Source of the DNA: Bacteriovoracia bacterium
Lineage (GTDB): Bacteria; Bdellovibrionota; UBA1018; JBFWNL01
Direction of reading: 5' to 3'
NCBI GenBank assembly: GCA_050251055.1
Contig: JBFWNL010000002.1
Coordinates: forward strand, 256,001 to 320,000
DNA: 64,000 nucleotides
Under the pieces are notes generated by a model. That model saw only the letters and a list, made by a program, of their open reading frames with translations, did no database searches and was not told where the DNA came from. The translations under genes were made by a program, and so were the position numbers. Of this stretch, positions 17,316-26,867 are shown piece after piece (within the stretch, counting starts at the first letter, position 1; every line of letters starts with the position of its first letter).

Positions 17316-19979
17316 GTGGAATTCAAGCCACTTCACCGAAAAAACGGATTCGCGACATTAACAATTCTCGGAATCTTGGGGTCGCTTTGCCTCGCCGCGG
17401 GCGTGCTTCTCACGCGGATCGATAGCTCGAGCTTTGGCGCCGCGCACGGACTTGCCCAGAGCCAGACGGATAACTACACCGCGGGCCTGACGTCCGTGAT
17501 CGTGGGTCTCGTAAACCAGTACCTACGTACGACCGCGCTCCCCACGCATGCGGGCATGCAGCAATACGTGATGGATCGCCTCCCCGGACTCGTTACCGAT
17601 GGTTATGTTCTCCAACGCTGGACGCTCGGTGATATCGGCGACCCGACTTTCGGCGTGATCAACAGCGGGCCGTTCACCGGCATGTCGGGCACGATGTACG
17701 ACATTTTCTTTTGGCTGGAAGTGCGCAAACAGAACACGGGCGCAATCAGCAAGATTTACCAGCGCGGCCTGCTCGCGCAGATCTCGATGCTGCAATACCT
17801 AGTTTTTTCGAACGGCCCCGCCGATCTCATCACGGGCGCCAGCTCCAGCCTCTACGGGCGCATCCACATTAACGGAAAGATCTGCTTGGCGGAAAGCGGG
17901 GGGAATCCGTACGTGCTCCGCTTGGACATGCTCGAGGCTTCCGGGCAGATCTACCACGATGCGCATCCAGAGTGCCAATTCGAATTGAACCCAGGCAACC
18001 TTAGAAACAACCAGACCTTCGTGGCATTCAGTACCGTGGGACCCGATGCGCCGGCCCAACCTTTCATTGATCCTCCGTCATCAAGCGCGAATATTCGTCC
18101 GTTAAACTACGGGCTAGACAGCGGCTGCACGAATTGCGGCAGCACCGGGTTGAACTGGCGCGATTATGCGCTGGCAACCTGGCACGGCCACTTACGCAGC
18201 GACGTTCACGGGGTGATCCCGCTACGCCTTCCGGTCGAAGGCTCCGCCGCCGCGCAAGCGGGAGCCAACACCCGCACGCCGGGTTCCCTCGCGCAGAACA
18301 TCAACAACGTGCGTTTTTTGGTCGACCCGGTCGTACCGGGAGAAGACGTTGCCGTCCGTAATCAAAAGCTCGCCTTCAAATCCGACATCCGCATCATTAA
18401 CGGGGTTTGGTACGTACGTGACAAAGATGACGACAATGCCTGGCCGGGAGTCCCCATCTGGTCGGACCACCCGGGCAACTATCTCTCCCCCGCGGGAGAA
18501 GAGGCAGGCATCGTGGAACCGAACCTCGCGATCGGTCAGACGAACATCCGCGCGAACCGCGCTTGGTCCGGCACGCCCACGGGATATTCTTTTTATTCGG
18601 CCGACACCACCGGACGCCTCCTCGGCAATACGTCCGGCGTGGTCTCGTACGGGAATCTATTTTTCCAAGCGGGTACTGGCTGGGTACCTGGCGGTTGGCT
18701 CAGCGGAAACGGTACTAACACCAGCCTGAACTCGGGACTATGCGCTCCTCCGACGAGTACCTGTGCGGGCTTCTGTACGACGTCTGGTTTGCGTTCGGCC
18801 GTCGCCCCCGTCGCAAACTTCTGTCCGTCGGCTCCCACGGCCTTGGACGTCACCACCCAGCTGCTCAACGCGACTCGTTCGGGCTTCCGGGACGGACACG
18901 CAGGCATGGTGGGAAACCCCGCCTCGGCTAGGGAAACCAAGAGTCGTGTCCTACCCATCAACTTTAACGTACGTGACTTCGCGGCCGCTTTGCGCAACTT
19001 CAATAACGGCGAACTAGGAACTTATTTTGACCCGAATCCGAACGGAAACTCCAAAAACCTGGGACGGCCTTTCAACGGTATCATCTATATCACTTCAACT
19101 TGGCCGGGCTCGTTGAAGGCGGCGAGCTTTTCGCAGTCCACGCCCGGTGGACTCGCTCCGGCCACGGCTTGGGCCGACCCTATCCCGGTGATCTGGAACA
19201 CGGCCATCGACGGCCCCGCTCCCACTACCCAACCGCAAGGTGCTCACGTCGTACAGCATCGATTGCTCCCTTATCCGCTCTGTAGCGGAAATCTGGGCGG
19301 ACAAACTTTCGACGCCGGCGGCGGGGTATTCAAAATCCCCGATTGCGCGCATTACGTGACCGGCAGCACCCGAAACGTGCGCCCCAACGCGCTGCGGATC
19401 TTTAACGCCAGCCCCGTCGGCCGCTCCGACTTCCCGGTGGGACTGACCATCGCGACGAACCTGCCCGCGTACATCATGGGTGACTTCAACGCGACCTCGG
19501 TTCCGCGCCCCGCGGGCAACGTGCAATGGTTACCGATGCTGGTCGCGGCGGATCAGGCGACTTTCCTTTCCAATAACTGGCGCGACGACAATTCGCTGTG
19601 GAACTATGACCTAGGGAACGAGGGCGCCTGGTCAAACCGGGTCGCCTCCAACACTACGTACAATCTGGCGATCATCGCCGGCTGGGCCGCCACCTCGTTC
19701 CGCGAGGGCCCCACTCCTGCCTTCAGCGGTGGCGGGATCGCGAACTTCCCCCGCTTCCTGGAGAACTGGAGCAGTAGCGACATGAACTTCAACGGTTCTT
19801 TCGTGATCGGTTTCAATTCGGTCTTCAGCAACCACGGTCGTTTCTGTTGCGATAAGCGGACTTACAATCCGCCGAATCGCCGATGGAACCACGACCCCAA
19901 CTACGAGCTTTCCGCCAATCAGCCCCCAGGGCTACCGCAGTACACCGCCTTCGCGGTGACGGAAGAAAGAAGGATGTGA
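17316..19979 (+). CDS. Large PilX-like / HpsA-like pilus-associated protein
   Basis: GGGGAGG SD, GTG start; G|FATLTILGIL prepilin-like N-terminus without E5; C-terminal SGGGIANFPRFLENW...YNPPNRRWNHD...PPGLP. Confidence 0.75.
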   Translation: MEFKPLHRKNGFATLTILGILGSLCLAAGVLLTRIDSSSFGAAHGLAQSQTDNYTAGLTSVIVGLVNQYLRTTALPTHAGMQQYVMDRLPGLVTDGYVLQRWTLGDIGDPTFGVINSGPFTGMSGTMYDIFFWLEVRKQNTGAISKIYQRGLLAQISMLQYLVFSNGPADLITGASSSLYGRIHINGKICLAESGGNPYVLRLDMLEASGQIYHDAHPECQFELNPGNLRNNQTFVAFSTVGPDAPAQPFIDPPSSSANIRPLNYGLDSGCTNCGSTGLNWRDYALATWHGHLRSDVHGVIPLRLPVEGSAAAQAGANTRTPGSLAQNINNVRFLVDPVVPGEDVAVRNQKLAFKSDIRIINGVWYVRDKDDDNAWPGVPIWSDHPGNYLSPAGEEAGIVEPNLAIGQTNIRANRAWSGTPTGYSFYSADTTGRLLGNTSGVVSYGNLFFQAGTGWVPGGWLSGNGTNTSLNSGLCAPPTSTCAGFCTTSGLRSAVAPVANFCPSAPTALDVTTQLLNATRSGFRDGHAGMVGNPASARETKSRVLPINFNVRDFAAALRNFNNGELGTYFDPNPNGNSKNLGRPFNGIIYITSTWPGSLKAASFSQSTPGGLAPATAWADPIPVIWNTAIDGPAPTTQPQGAHVVQHRLLPYPLCSGNLGGQTFDAGGGVFKIPDCAHYVTGSTRNVRPNALRIFNASPVGRSDFPVGLTIATNLPAYIMGDFNATSVPRPAGNVQWLPMLVAADQATFLSNNWRDDNSLWNYDLGNEGAWSNRVASNTTYNLAIIAGWAATSFREGPTPAFSGGGIANFPRFLENWSSSDMNFNGSFVIGFNSVFSNHGRFCCDKRTYNPPNRRWNHDPNYELSANQPPGLPQYTAFAVTEERRM

Positions 19980-19981
19980 CT

Positions 19982-20839
19982 ATGAAAAACCAAGGATTCA
20001 GCCAGATGGAACTCGTCTTGGTCATCGCCGTAATCGGCGCCCTGAGTTACGCGGGCACGCGAACCATTCGCCCCTCGCAATCCAAAACCAATTTGGCCAA
20101 CGACGCGGCCAAGGTAGTGGAAGCATTGTCGCGCGCCAAAGCCATGGCCCGATCTGGCAATACTTGCGTACGCGCGATGTTGGAGTCGACCAACATTCAA
20201 CTGGTGAGTTGCGGTTCGGCGCCCACCGAACCCCCGATCGTGTTTCCTCCGGGCGTGGTCGTGAAGGGATTCTCCGGCACTTTTGGAGAAGTACCCGTGC
20301 AGTTCGTTGGCTTGGAGCAGCTCTACTCGGAGCTTCAACTCGAAACACAACAAACCGTGAGACCGACGGTGCACTCGCTTGGGCATCAAACCGTACAGAA
20401 CGCCAACTTTAAGGAAACTGGCAGCGTCACCGTGGCTTTACCGTCACAGATCCTCCATCCATCTATTTCCACTATCGGCATCGACGAGGATGCACACGCC
20501 ATCGGTAATGAGCCTGGAGGCTCCGGCCCTCCGATTGGCGGCGATCCTTCTACAGTCGGCAGTAATCCGACAAACGGAGGAACTCCCAACCCCTCTCCGA
20601 CTGGCGCCACTCCGCCGGAAACTCCGGGCAACGGCTCACCCACCGTTTTCCAAACCTTCAATCTAGGCAGCAACTCCACGTTGCAGTCGCCGATCCCGTT
20701 CATCCAGTACGGAGCGTCTGGCGCGATCGAAGTTCCCGCGCAGCCGACGACCCTGACCTTGACGAAAGACAATCAAGCCATGGGAGTCCGTATTTTTCCC
20801 CTCGCGGGGGCGGTGGAAACTCTGGCGCGGGCGCCTTAG
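19982..20839 (+). CDS. FimT/FimU-like minor pilin with Pro/Gly-rich insertion
   Basis: G|FSQMELVLVIAVIGAL; LSRAKAMA helix typical of FimT/GspH. Confidence 0.75.
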   Translation: MKNQGFSQMELVLVIAVIGALSYAGTRTIRPSQSKTNLANDAAKVVEALSRAKAMARSGNTCVRAMLESTNIQLVSCGSAPTEPPIVFPPGVVVKGFSGTFGEVPVQFVGLEQLYSELQLETQQTVRPTVHSLGHQTVQNANFKETGSVTVALPSQILHPSISTIGIDEDAHAIGNEPGGSGPPIGGDPSTVGSNPTNGGTPNPSPTGATPPETPGNGSPTVFQTFNLGSNSTLQSPIPFIQYGASGAIEVPAQPTTLTLTKDNQAMGVRIFPLAGAVETLARAP

Positions 20840-20862
20840 CTTAGACGGATAGGCGGCCCCGG

Positions 20863-21264
20863 ATGCATATGCTTCGCGACCAGCGCGGCTTCACGATCAT
20901 CGAGTCCCTCTTTGCCGTCGGCATGCTCGCCATCGTCCTCGCCGGGGCGCTCCTCTCATTTAGCACTTCGTCACGCATGTACGCGCACCTGCGCTATCTG
21001 GAGCCCGCCACCCAACTCGCGTCCTCCACGATTGAGCAGATTTCACTGATGTACCCAAGCCAAGCCGAGATCCAGACCGGCACCTCCCACACCTGGTTTT
21101 TTTCCATCGACCTCAAACCGGTTACCGTAAACGGATTTTTTACGGTATCCTGGCAGGTAATGAATCACCCTTCCGTGCCCAACGTCCGCCGGATCGAACT
21201 CACCGTGATTTGGATGGAAGACAATGGCCCCCGGCACATCGACTACACCTTTTTCCGGAGCTGA
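20863..21264 (+). CDS. PilV-like minor pilin
   Basis: G|FTIIESLFAVGMLAIV; short protein ending RRIELTVIW. Confidence 0.8.
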   Translation: MHMLRDQRGFTIIESLFAVGMLAIVLAGALLSFSTSSRMYAHLRYLEPATQLASSTIEQISLMYPSQAEIQTGTSHTWFFSIDLKPVTVNGFFTVSWQVMNHPSVPNVRRIELTVIWMEDNGPRHIDYTFFRS

Positions 21265-21267
21265 TCC

Positions 21268-22350
21268 GTGAAATCACGTGCCGGCTTCTCTCTCCTGGAA
21301 ATGATGATCGGGCTGACGATCCTGATTCTCGTTATCTTGGCCTCCAGCGCCATCCTTACCCAGACCACCGTCGGCATCCGCCGGGCCGAAATCGGAACCT
21401 CGAGCATGGAACTGCTGCGGGGAGGCATGCAGTATTTCATTCCCCTGCTCCAAACCGCCGGGGGTAATCAGGTCCGCTCGTGGGTGGCCATTGGCCTAGA
21501 GGACAATCCCACGACGGTTCGCTTAGGTTTGCCTGACGGCGAAGGAGCGGACCGCCTGACCCTCATTCGCTTGAACACGGCGGTCGCCCCCTGCGAAATC
21601 ACGGAAAGCTGGGGTCTAGGAAGTCCCACGCCTAAGATCCGAGTCCGCAACACGGCCGGAACTTGCTGTATTGGGGCGGCCCAGCAGAACCAACAAGCCG
21701 TCTTCACGCGGACCTTTTCCAACGTGTACAACTACGCTCCCCGCTACCTGAAAACGTTCAACGCGCTGAATTGCGAAATGACGATCGAAGAACTCATCCA
21801 AGTCCCCAACTTGGCGGATCTCCGAGTCCTGCCCCCCGCCGATGTAGATCCGCTGAGCGGCTTCCGGGACGGATGGTCGACCGGGTTCGTGACGATCGTC
21901 ACCGTGGACACTTTCTTTGTCGACCCCTCCACCCGTGAGCTCAAGCGGGGAATCGACGCGGACAACGACGGAACGATCAGCGCAAGCGAAATGACGACCG
22001 TGTTAGACCACGTGGTCGATCTGCAAGTGGCCGTCGGCTATGACTCGAATCCAGCCGATGGACGAGTCGTCGAACGCACCGACCCCGCGGACCGATGGAA
22101 CGACGAGTGGCTCGGCAACTTCGATGCGGCGGACACCCGCGAGCGCCGGGGGGCCGGGGGCCTAGCGACTGCGCTTCCGAGCGATATGCGGGCGGCTCAG
22201 GTCGGTTTAATCATCGGCGATCGACTCGTGGGAAACGGCACTCCTACCCCGCTGAGGATTCTCAACGGTCCGGTCCGGCAAATTCCAGGCATGAGCCTGC
22301 ACTCCCAGAGCACGCTCGTCACCCTCAAGAACATCTTCCTCTTTCAATAA
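21268..22350 (+). CDS. PilW-like minor pilin
   Basis: G|FSLLEMMIGLTIL; VLDHVVDLQVAVGYD; terminal VTLKN. Confidence 0.8.
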   Translation: MKSRAGFSLLEMMIGLTILILVILASSAILTQTTVGIRRAEIGTSSMELLRGGMQYFIPLLQTAGGNQVRSWVAIGLEDNPTTVRLGLPDGEGADRLTLIRLNTAVAPCEITESWGLGSPTPKIRVRNTAGTCCIGAAQQNQQAVFTRTFSNVYNYAPRYLKTFNALNCEMTIEELIQVPNLADLRVLPPADVDPLSGFRDGWSTGFVTIVTVDTFFVDPSTRELKRGIDADNDGTISASEMTTVLDHVVDLQVAVGYDSNPADGRVVERTDPADRWNDEWLGNFDAADTRERRGAGGLATALPSDMRAAQVGLIIGDRLVGNGTPTPLRILNGPVRQIPGMSLHSQSTLVTLKNIFLFQ

Positions 22351-22367
22351 GCCTCCTTTCTCACCGC

Positions 22368-22383
22368 TGGCATGGCGATTGTA
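22368..22383 (+). promoter_or_regulatory. Possible sigma-54 promoter
   Basis: TGGCATGGCGATTGTA: GG-N10-GT, one deviation at -12. Confidence 0.4.
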
Positions 22384-22397
22384 GCGTGGCATTTCAC

Positions 22398-23132
22398 ATG
22401 ATGGACTCCATCCCCAAACCCGACAGGCGTGAGCGTTGCTTACGCGACGGCCCCGATACCCTGAGCCTTCAGGAATGCTTGGCGCTGATCTTAGGTAGTG
22501 GACCGCCGGGCGTGGGAAGCCTGGGACTCGCCGCCCGATTGCTGTCCCGCGGGGCGGGGGGCCTCCCGCATCCCGAGCAGGCCCGGGCGTTTTTTCATGC
22601 CCTCGAGCAAGCACCTCGGGGATTCGTCGCCGACGTACCCGGCCTGGGCCCCGCTGGAAAGGCACGAGTACTGGCGGGCTGGGAGCTGGGCCGCCGTTAC
22701 GCCATTCACCGCTTGAACACGATGTCCCCTTCCCTCTCCGCGTCCGTGAAACCCAGCCCGGGACTTTCCCGTTTTGAACGCGTCTTGAAGCGAATACCGG
22801 AGGAACTCAGGAGCGCACCGTTCGAATGGCTGGGGTTCGTCGCGGTCTACGAGCCCACCCTCGCGCGAGAAAACTCGGTGGGCGAGTTCTGCTTGGTGGA
22901 AAAAGGATGCCGCACGCACGTAAATATGGAGCCCGCCGAACTCTTCGCACGCGTGCTAGCGCTCAGGCCCGTCGGTTTCTATCTCTTTCACAATCACCCA
23001 CGAGGAAGTCTCACGGCATCGGAGGAAGACCGGGAACTCACCGCCCGGGTTCGACAATGCGCCCGTACGCTGGGCGTCCCCCTGATCGGCCATTGGATCG
23101 TGACTTCGCGGGATTACGCGCCTGTAATCTAA
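22398..23132 (+). CDS. RadC-like JAB/MPN domain protein
   Basis: RERCLRDGPDTLSLQECLALILGSG, VPGLGPAG HhH, HNHPRGSLTASEED. Confidence 0.82.
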   Translation: MMDSIPKPDRRERCLRDGPDTLSLQECLALILGSGPPGVGSLGLAARLLSRGAGGLPHPEQARAFFHALEQAPRGFVADVPGLGPAGKARVLAGWELGRRYAIHRLNTMSPSLSASVKPSPGLSRFERVLKRIPEELRSAPFEWLGFVAVYEPTLARENSVGEFCLVEKGCRTHVNMEPAELFARVLALRPVGFYLFHNHPRGSLTASEEDRELTARVRQCARTLGVPLIGHWIVTSRDYAPVI

Positions 23133-23171
23133 TGGCCAGGACCGCCGATCTGGGCTACACCTCCCTTGACC

Positions 23172-23876
23172 ATGAAACCGAAAACAGCCACCCCACCTAT
23201 CCCCGTTTGCGCGACCTGCGAGAAGCCGCCTGAGCTTTGCTTTTGCGCCGAAATCACCCCGCATGCGCCGAAGACGAAAGTGCTGATTCTTCAGCATCCG
23301 CAAGAGCCGGACAAAAGACTCGGCACGGCGCGCTTGCTACAACTCAGCCTGAAGGATTCCGTCCTGCGCGTGGGTCTTTCTTGGCCCAATCTCGGTAAAG
23401 CGTTGGGCTCCCCTGCGGGCGCGCCCATCAACCCCAAGGAATGGGCCGTGCTTTATCTGGGCTCCGGAATCAAACTCGAAGCCGGTCGACGGAAACCCCC
23501 TCCCGGCACGCTCACCTTTGTGAACAAAAAAAGCCAACCCTGGCCACCCACCTACGACGAGGCGGGAATTAGGGCCCAGCTTAAGGGCATCGTCTTACTC
23601 GACGGCACCTGGTCACAGGCGAAAGCGCTTTGGTGGCGCAACGCTTGGCTCCTCAAATTAAACCGTGCGATCCTGACGCCGCCCCGACGATCACTTTATG
23701 GAAAGCTCCGCAAAGAGCCCCGCCCGGAATGCCTATCGACTTTGGAAACCGCGGCCTATGCGCTGACCGCGCTCGGCGACACGGCCGAGCACGAAGCCAA
23801 ATTACTGGCAGTTTTTTCAAGGCTTCTTAAACTTTCGCAGCCGACCCCAAAGGCGGCGCCGGAAATCCCGGTGTAA
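23172..23876 (+). CDS. DTW-domain protein (tRNA-uridine aminocarboxypropyltransferase family)
   Basis: CxxC..CxC N-terminus, QHPQE, LLDGTWSQAK, LSTLE. Confidence 0.88.
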   Translation: MKPKTATPPIPVCATCEKPPELCFCAEITPHAPKTKVLILQHPQEPDKRLGTARLLQLSLKDSVLRVGLSWPNLGKALGSPAGAPINPKEWAVLYLGSGIKLEAGRRKPPPGTLTFVNKKSQPWPPTYDEAGIRAQLKGIVLLDGTWSQAKALWWRNAWLLKLNRAILTPPRRSLYGKLRKEPRPECLSTLETAAYALTALGDTAEHEAKLLAVFSRLLKLSQPTPKAAPEIPV

Positions 23877-23900
23877 TTCCCGCTTTTCCGTAACAATTCA

Positions 23901-23929
23901 TTGCACCCCGTTTTTGTGGCGGCTACGAT
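23901..23929 (+). promoter_or_regulatory. Sigma-70 promoter, probably leaderless
   Basis: TTGCAC-17nt-TACGAT, 6 nt before ATG 23936. Confidence 0.65.
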
Positions 23930-23935
23930 CGACGC

Positions 23936-24598
23936 ATGGGAAAATTCGCGGTGGTACTTTGTGGATCCGGCTATCTCGACGGCAGTGAAATCCGGGAGTC
24001 GGTGGCGACGCTCCTTTCGCTCAGCCAGCGCAATAAGGATTTCGAATGCTTCGCCCCCGACGCCGCTCAGACGGACGTCATGAATTGCCTTACGGGCAAG
24101 CCCGCGGCAAAGGAGTCGCGCAACATGCTCGTGGAAGCGGCGCGGATCGCCCGCGGCAAAGTTTCGCCGCTTGACCACCTCAATCCGACGGCATTTGAAG
24201 GACTGATCCTGCCTGGAGGTTTCGGCGCGGCTAAGAATCTCTGCAGCTTCGCCACGCAGGGCGCGAGCGGCCGCGTGATTCCCGAATTGCAGTCGATCAT
24301 CGAGCGTTTTCACGGCGCTCGTCGCCCAATCGGCGCGATCTGCATTGCCCCCGCGATCGTGGCGCTTGCCCTCCGGAACAAAGGCATCCGCATGACTGTC
24401 GGCACGGCCTCGGAAGCGTCCCAGGAAATCGAAAAATCCGGCCACAAACACGTGGAATGCTCAGTGACCGATTGCGTGAGCGACCCGGTGGCGAAAGTCG
24501 TCACCACGCCGGCCTATATGTACGGAGACGCAAAGCTGCACGAGATCTTCACGGGGATCGGTAAGCTCGTGGGCGAAGTGATCCAGCTTACCCGCTGA
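23936..24598 (+). CDS. elbB: ElbB / ES1-family glyoxalase (DJ-1/PfpI superfamily)
   Basis: GSGYLDGSEIRE, EAARIARG, PGGFGAAKNL, ICIAP, TTPAYM. Confidence 0.9.
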   Translation: MGKFAVVLCGSGYLDGSEIRESVATLLSLSQRNKDFECFAPDAAQTDVMNCLTGKPAAKESRNMLVEAARIARGKVSPLDHLNPTAFEGLILPGGFGAAKNLCSFATQGASGRVIPELQSIIERFHGARRPIGAICIAPAIVALALRNKGIRMTVGTASEASQEIEKSGHKHVECSVTDCVSDPVAKVVTTPAYMYGDAKLHEIFTGIGKLVGEVIQLTR

Positions 24599-24605
24599 AC
24601 CAAGT

Positions 24606-25070
24606 CTATTCGTTGACCGCGGCCAGTACCGCTTCGACGTGCCCCTTCACTTTCACTTTGGGAAAAATCTTACGAACCTTGCCGTCCGGCCCGATCACGA
24701 ATGTCGTGCGCACGATGCCCATGAACTCACGGCCGTAGAGGGACTTTTTCTGCCATACGCCATATGCTTTGCAAACGGCGCCTTCCTCATCAGCCAGCAG
24801 GGGAAAGTCCAGATCATGCTTATCCCGAAATTTGGCGTGACTGGCCGAAGAATCTCGGCTTACGCCCAAAACCACGGCCTTGGATTTCTTAAGCTTCGGC
24901 AGAGCGGATTGAAAGTCGCAGGCTTCCTGGGTGCAACCGGGCGTCAGGTCCTTGGGGTAAAAGTAAAGGACGACCGTCTTACCTTTGAAATCCGCGAGCG
25001 ATACTTTCCGCCCGTCCGCGTCTGGTAAAGAAAAGGACGGAGCCTTGGCTCCCTCTTTCAGAACCGGCAT
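24606..25070 (-). CDS. bcp: Thioredoxin-dependent thiol peroxidase BCP
   Basis: VVLYFYPKDLTPGCTQEACDF, GIVRTTFVI, VKVKGH. Confidence 0.93.
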   Translation of the reverse strand: MPVLKEGAKAPSFSLPDADGRKVSLADFKGKTVVLYFYPKDLTPGCTQEACDFQSALPKLKKSKAVVLGVSRDSSASHAKFRDKHDLDFPLLADEEGAVCKAYGVWQKKSLYGREFMGIVRTTFVIGPDGKVRKIFPKVKVKGHVEAVLAAVNE

Positions 25071-25081
25071 AGGCTGCGGGC

Positions 25082-25504
25082 CTAATTCGCCGATGCGGAA
25101 GCCGAGCCGGAAGTCGACTTGGACTTCGTGCTGCCCGTTTTCTTACGGGTGCCGCTCGCTTTGCGGGTACGGCGAATGGTTTCCTTCGCGGCCGCTTTGC
25201 GAAGCCCCTGTAAGAGCTTCTCGATCTCTTTGCGCTGGCCGTCCACGTACTTACGAACCTTCGCGATTTCCGACGGCAGGCGCGTTTGAAGCTTCTGTAC
25301 TTCCTTGCGTTCCTTTTCGATGAACACTCGGACCTTATCTACGTCGGTCTTGATGAGCTTGCGGATTTCCTTGCCGCGAGTTTCGGCGTACTTGCGGGCT
25401 TCGTCAATCAAGGTGCCTTCCTTGATCTTGTCCTGAAACTGCTTCTGCACCGTTTGCAGGCGGCCCAAAATTTTCTTCATTTCGCCGGTCACTTTTTCTT
25501 TCAT
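25082..25504 (-). CDS. Basic coiled-coil protein with Lys/Ser-rich tail
   Basis: AAAGGGG SD before ATG 25504; charged helical body and RRTRKASGTRKKTGSTKSKS tail. Confidence 0.7.
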   Translation of the reverse strand: MKEKVTGEMKKILGRLQTVQKQFQDKIKEGTLIDEARKYAETRGKEIRKLIKTDVDKVRVFIEKERKEVQKLQTRLPSEIAKVRKYVDGQRKEIEKLLQGLRKAAAKETIRRTRKASGTRKKTGSTKSKSTSGSASASAN

Positions 25505-25630
25505 GATTACCCCTTTAATTCCCACGCTTTAGCTATCACCACGGACTTTGACCCCTAGAAAGACCAATGCCCCTGCGCGTTGTTAACACGCAGGGGCATG
25601 ATCGTAAAGAGCTTATATTCCAGGGTTTTT

Positions 25631-26752
25631 TTACTGGTTGTAGAGATCGTCGCCGATCACGATGCCGTTGATCGAGAGCGACTCGTCCTTGAAGGAGATC
25701 GCGAGGCGATTCTTCTTCTCGGAAATCGTAACGTCGCCGATCCACTTGGCCTCCGTGACTTGGGGGTCGACGAGCTTCGTGAGGGTCCTCACGACTTCCA
25801 CCGACTGGTCCTTACCGACGTTGCCGCTGAAGTTGATGATTTCTTGTGCGTCGTGCGCGCAGCCACAACCTTGGCCGTTAAGCGCGGCACAGCCGCACTT
25901 CGCGGCGGCTTCTCCGCCGCAGCAGGAGGCTTTGCTGCCTTCGCACTTACAGGCCTGGCCGCCTTTGGCGAGGCTCAGGGTGCCCGTGAAAGAGGACACG
26001 CCGCCATCGATCTCCGTGAGCGAGAAGCTCGACGTCACGATGTCCTTGTCCTTGATGTCCGCCACGATGTCCGCCGAAAGCTTATCGAGCTTGCCGACGT
26101 TCTTCGGGGTTTGCGAACTCACGAGATACTTGGTGTTCTTCACCGTCGTAAAACGCAGAACGGACTTACCAGTCACCACTTTCCCCATGACTCGATCGAG
26201 CGTCACTTCGGCCGAGAGGCAAGCAGCGTCTTTGCAGATCACTTCCGCCTTGGCGATCACGCCTTTTTCTTCGGCCGGAGCCGGGGCCGGTTCTTCGGCT
26301 TTCTTCGGTTCTTCAGCCTTAGGCTCTTCCGTCGGAGCCGGGCTAGTTTTCGGCTCGTCGTTGGGGGCGATTGCCGCGACTGGGCCGACTACTGGCGCGA
26401 CCGTAACTTCCGGAGCCTTCTCCATTAAGCTCGCTTTGTTCTCGGCGTTCAGCTCGCCCGTGAGGGTTCCGCTGGAAACGGTCGGTTCCGTTTTGTCGCC
26501 TTTGCCGTCAACATCGACGTAAGAGTAAGTGAGGGTCACGACTTTGCCGTTCACGGACAGGGAAGCCGTCGTCAGCGCGTCGGTCAAATTGGCAATGCGC
26601 TGCCAGGAAGCCTGCGGCGCAAGTTGCCCGTCACTTGGTTTTTGCGCTTCTTTCTGCTTACGGGGGCCCAAGCCGGCTCCGCAGCCAACACTCGCTACCG
26701 CCACACCCAACACCAAGGCTAAACGGATCAACTTATGGTTCTTCAAAGACAT
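25631..26752 (-). CDS. Lipoprotein with Pro/Glu linker and Cys-rich cluster
   Basis: GGAGG SD; lipobox SVG|C; PAPTEEPKAEEPKKAEEPAPAP linker; CKC..CC..CGC..CGC cluster. Confidence 0.8.
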   Translation of the reverse strand: MSLKNHKLIRLALVLGVAVASVGCGAGLGPRKQKEAQKPSDGQLAPQASWQRIANLTDALTTASLSVNGKVVTLTYSYVDVDGKGDKTEPTVSSGTLTGELNAENKASLMEKAPEVTVAPVVGPVAAIAPNDEPKTSPAPTEEPKAEEPKKAEEPAPAPAEEKGVIAKAEVICKDAACLSAEVTLDRVMGKVVTGKSVLRFTTVKNTKYLVSSQTPKNVGKLDKLSADIVADIKDKDIVTSSFSLTEIDGGVSSFTGTLSLAKGGQACKCEGSKASCCGGEAAAKCGCAALNGQGCGCAHDAQEIINFSGNVGKDQSVEVVRTLTKLVDPQVTEAKWIGDVTISEKKNRLAISFKDESLSINGIVIGDDLYNQ

Positions 26753-26867
26753 GACAATTCCTCCAAATTTTGGGTGAATATGCCGCAACGCGTCTAAGTT
26801 GACAATAAGAATTCGATAATTCTTGTCTTTTTTAATATAGTATTTAATATTTTGATTTTATTGACTT

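Noticed and set aside
22398-23132. RadC as a marker of a mobile element
   Set aside because: Full-length chromosomal-type protein with an N-terminal HhH region; no integrase, transposase or att-like repeats nearby.
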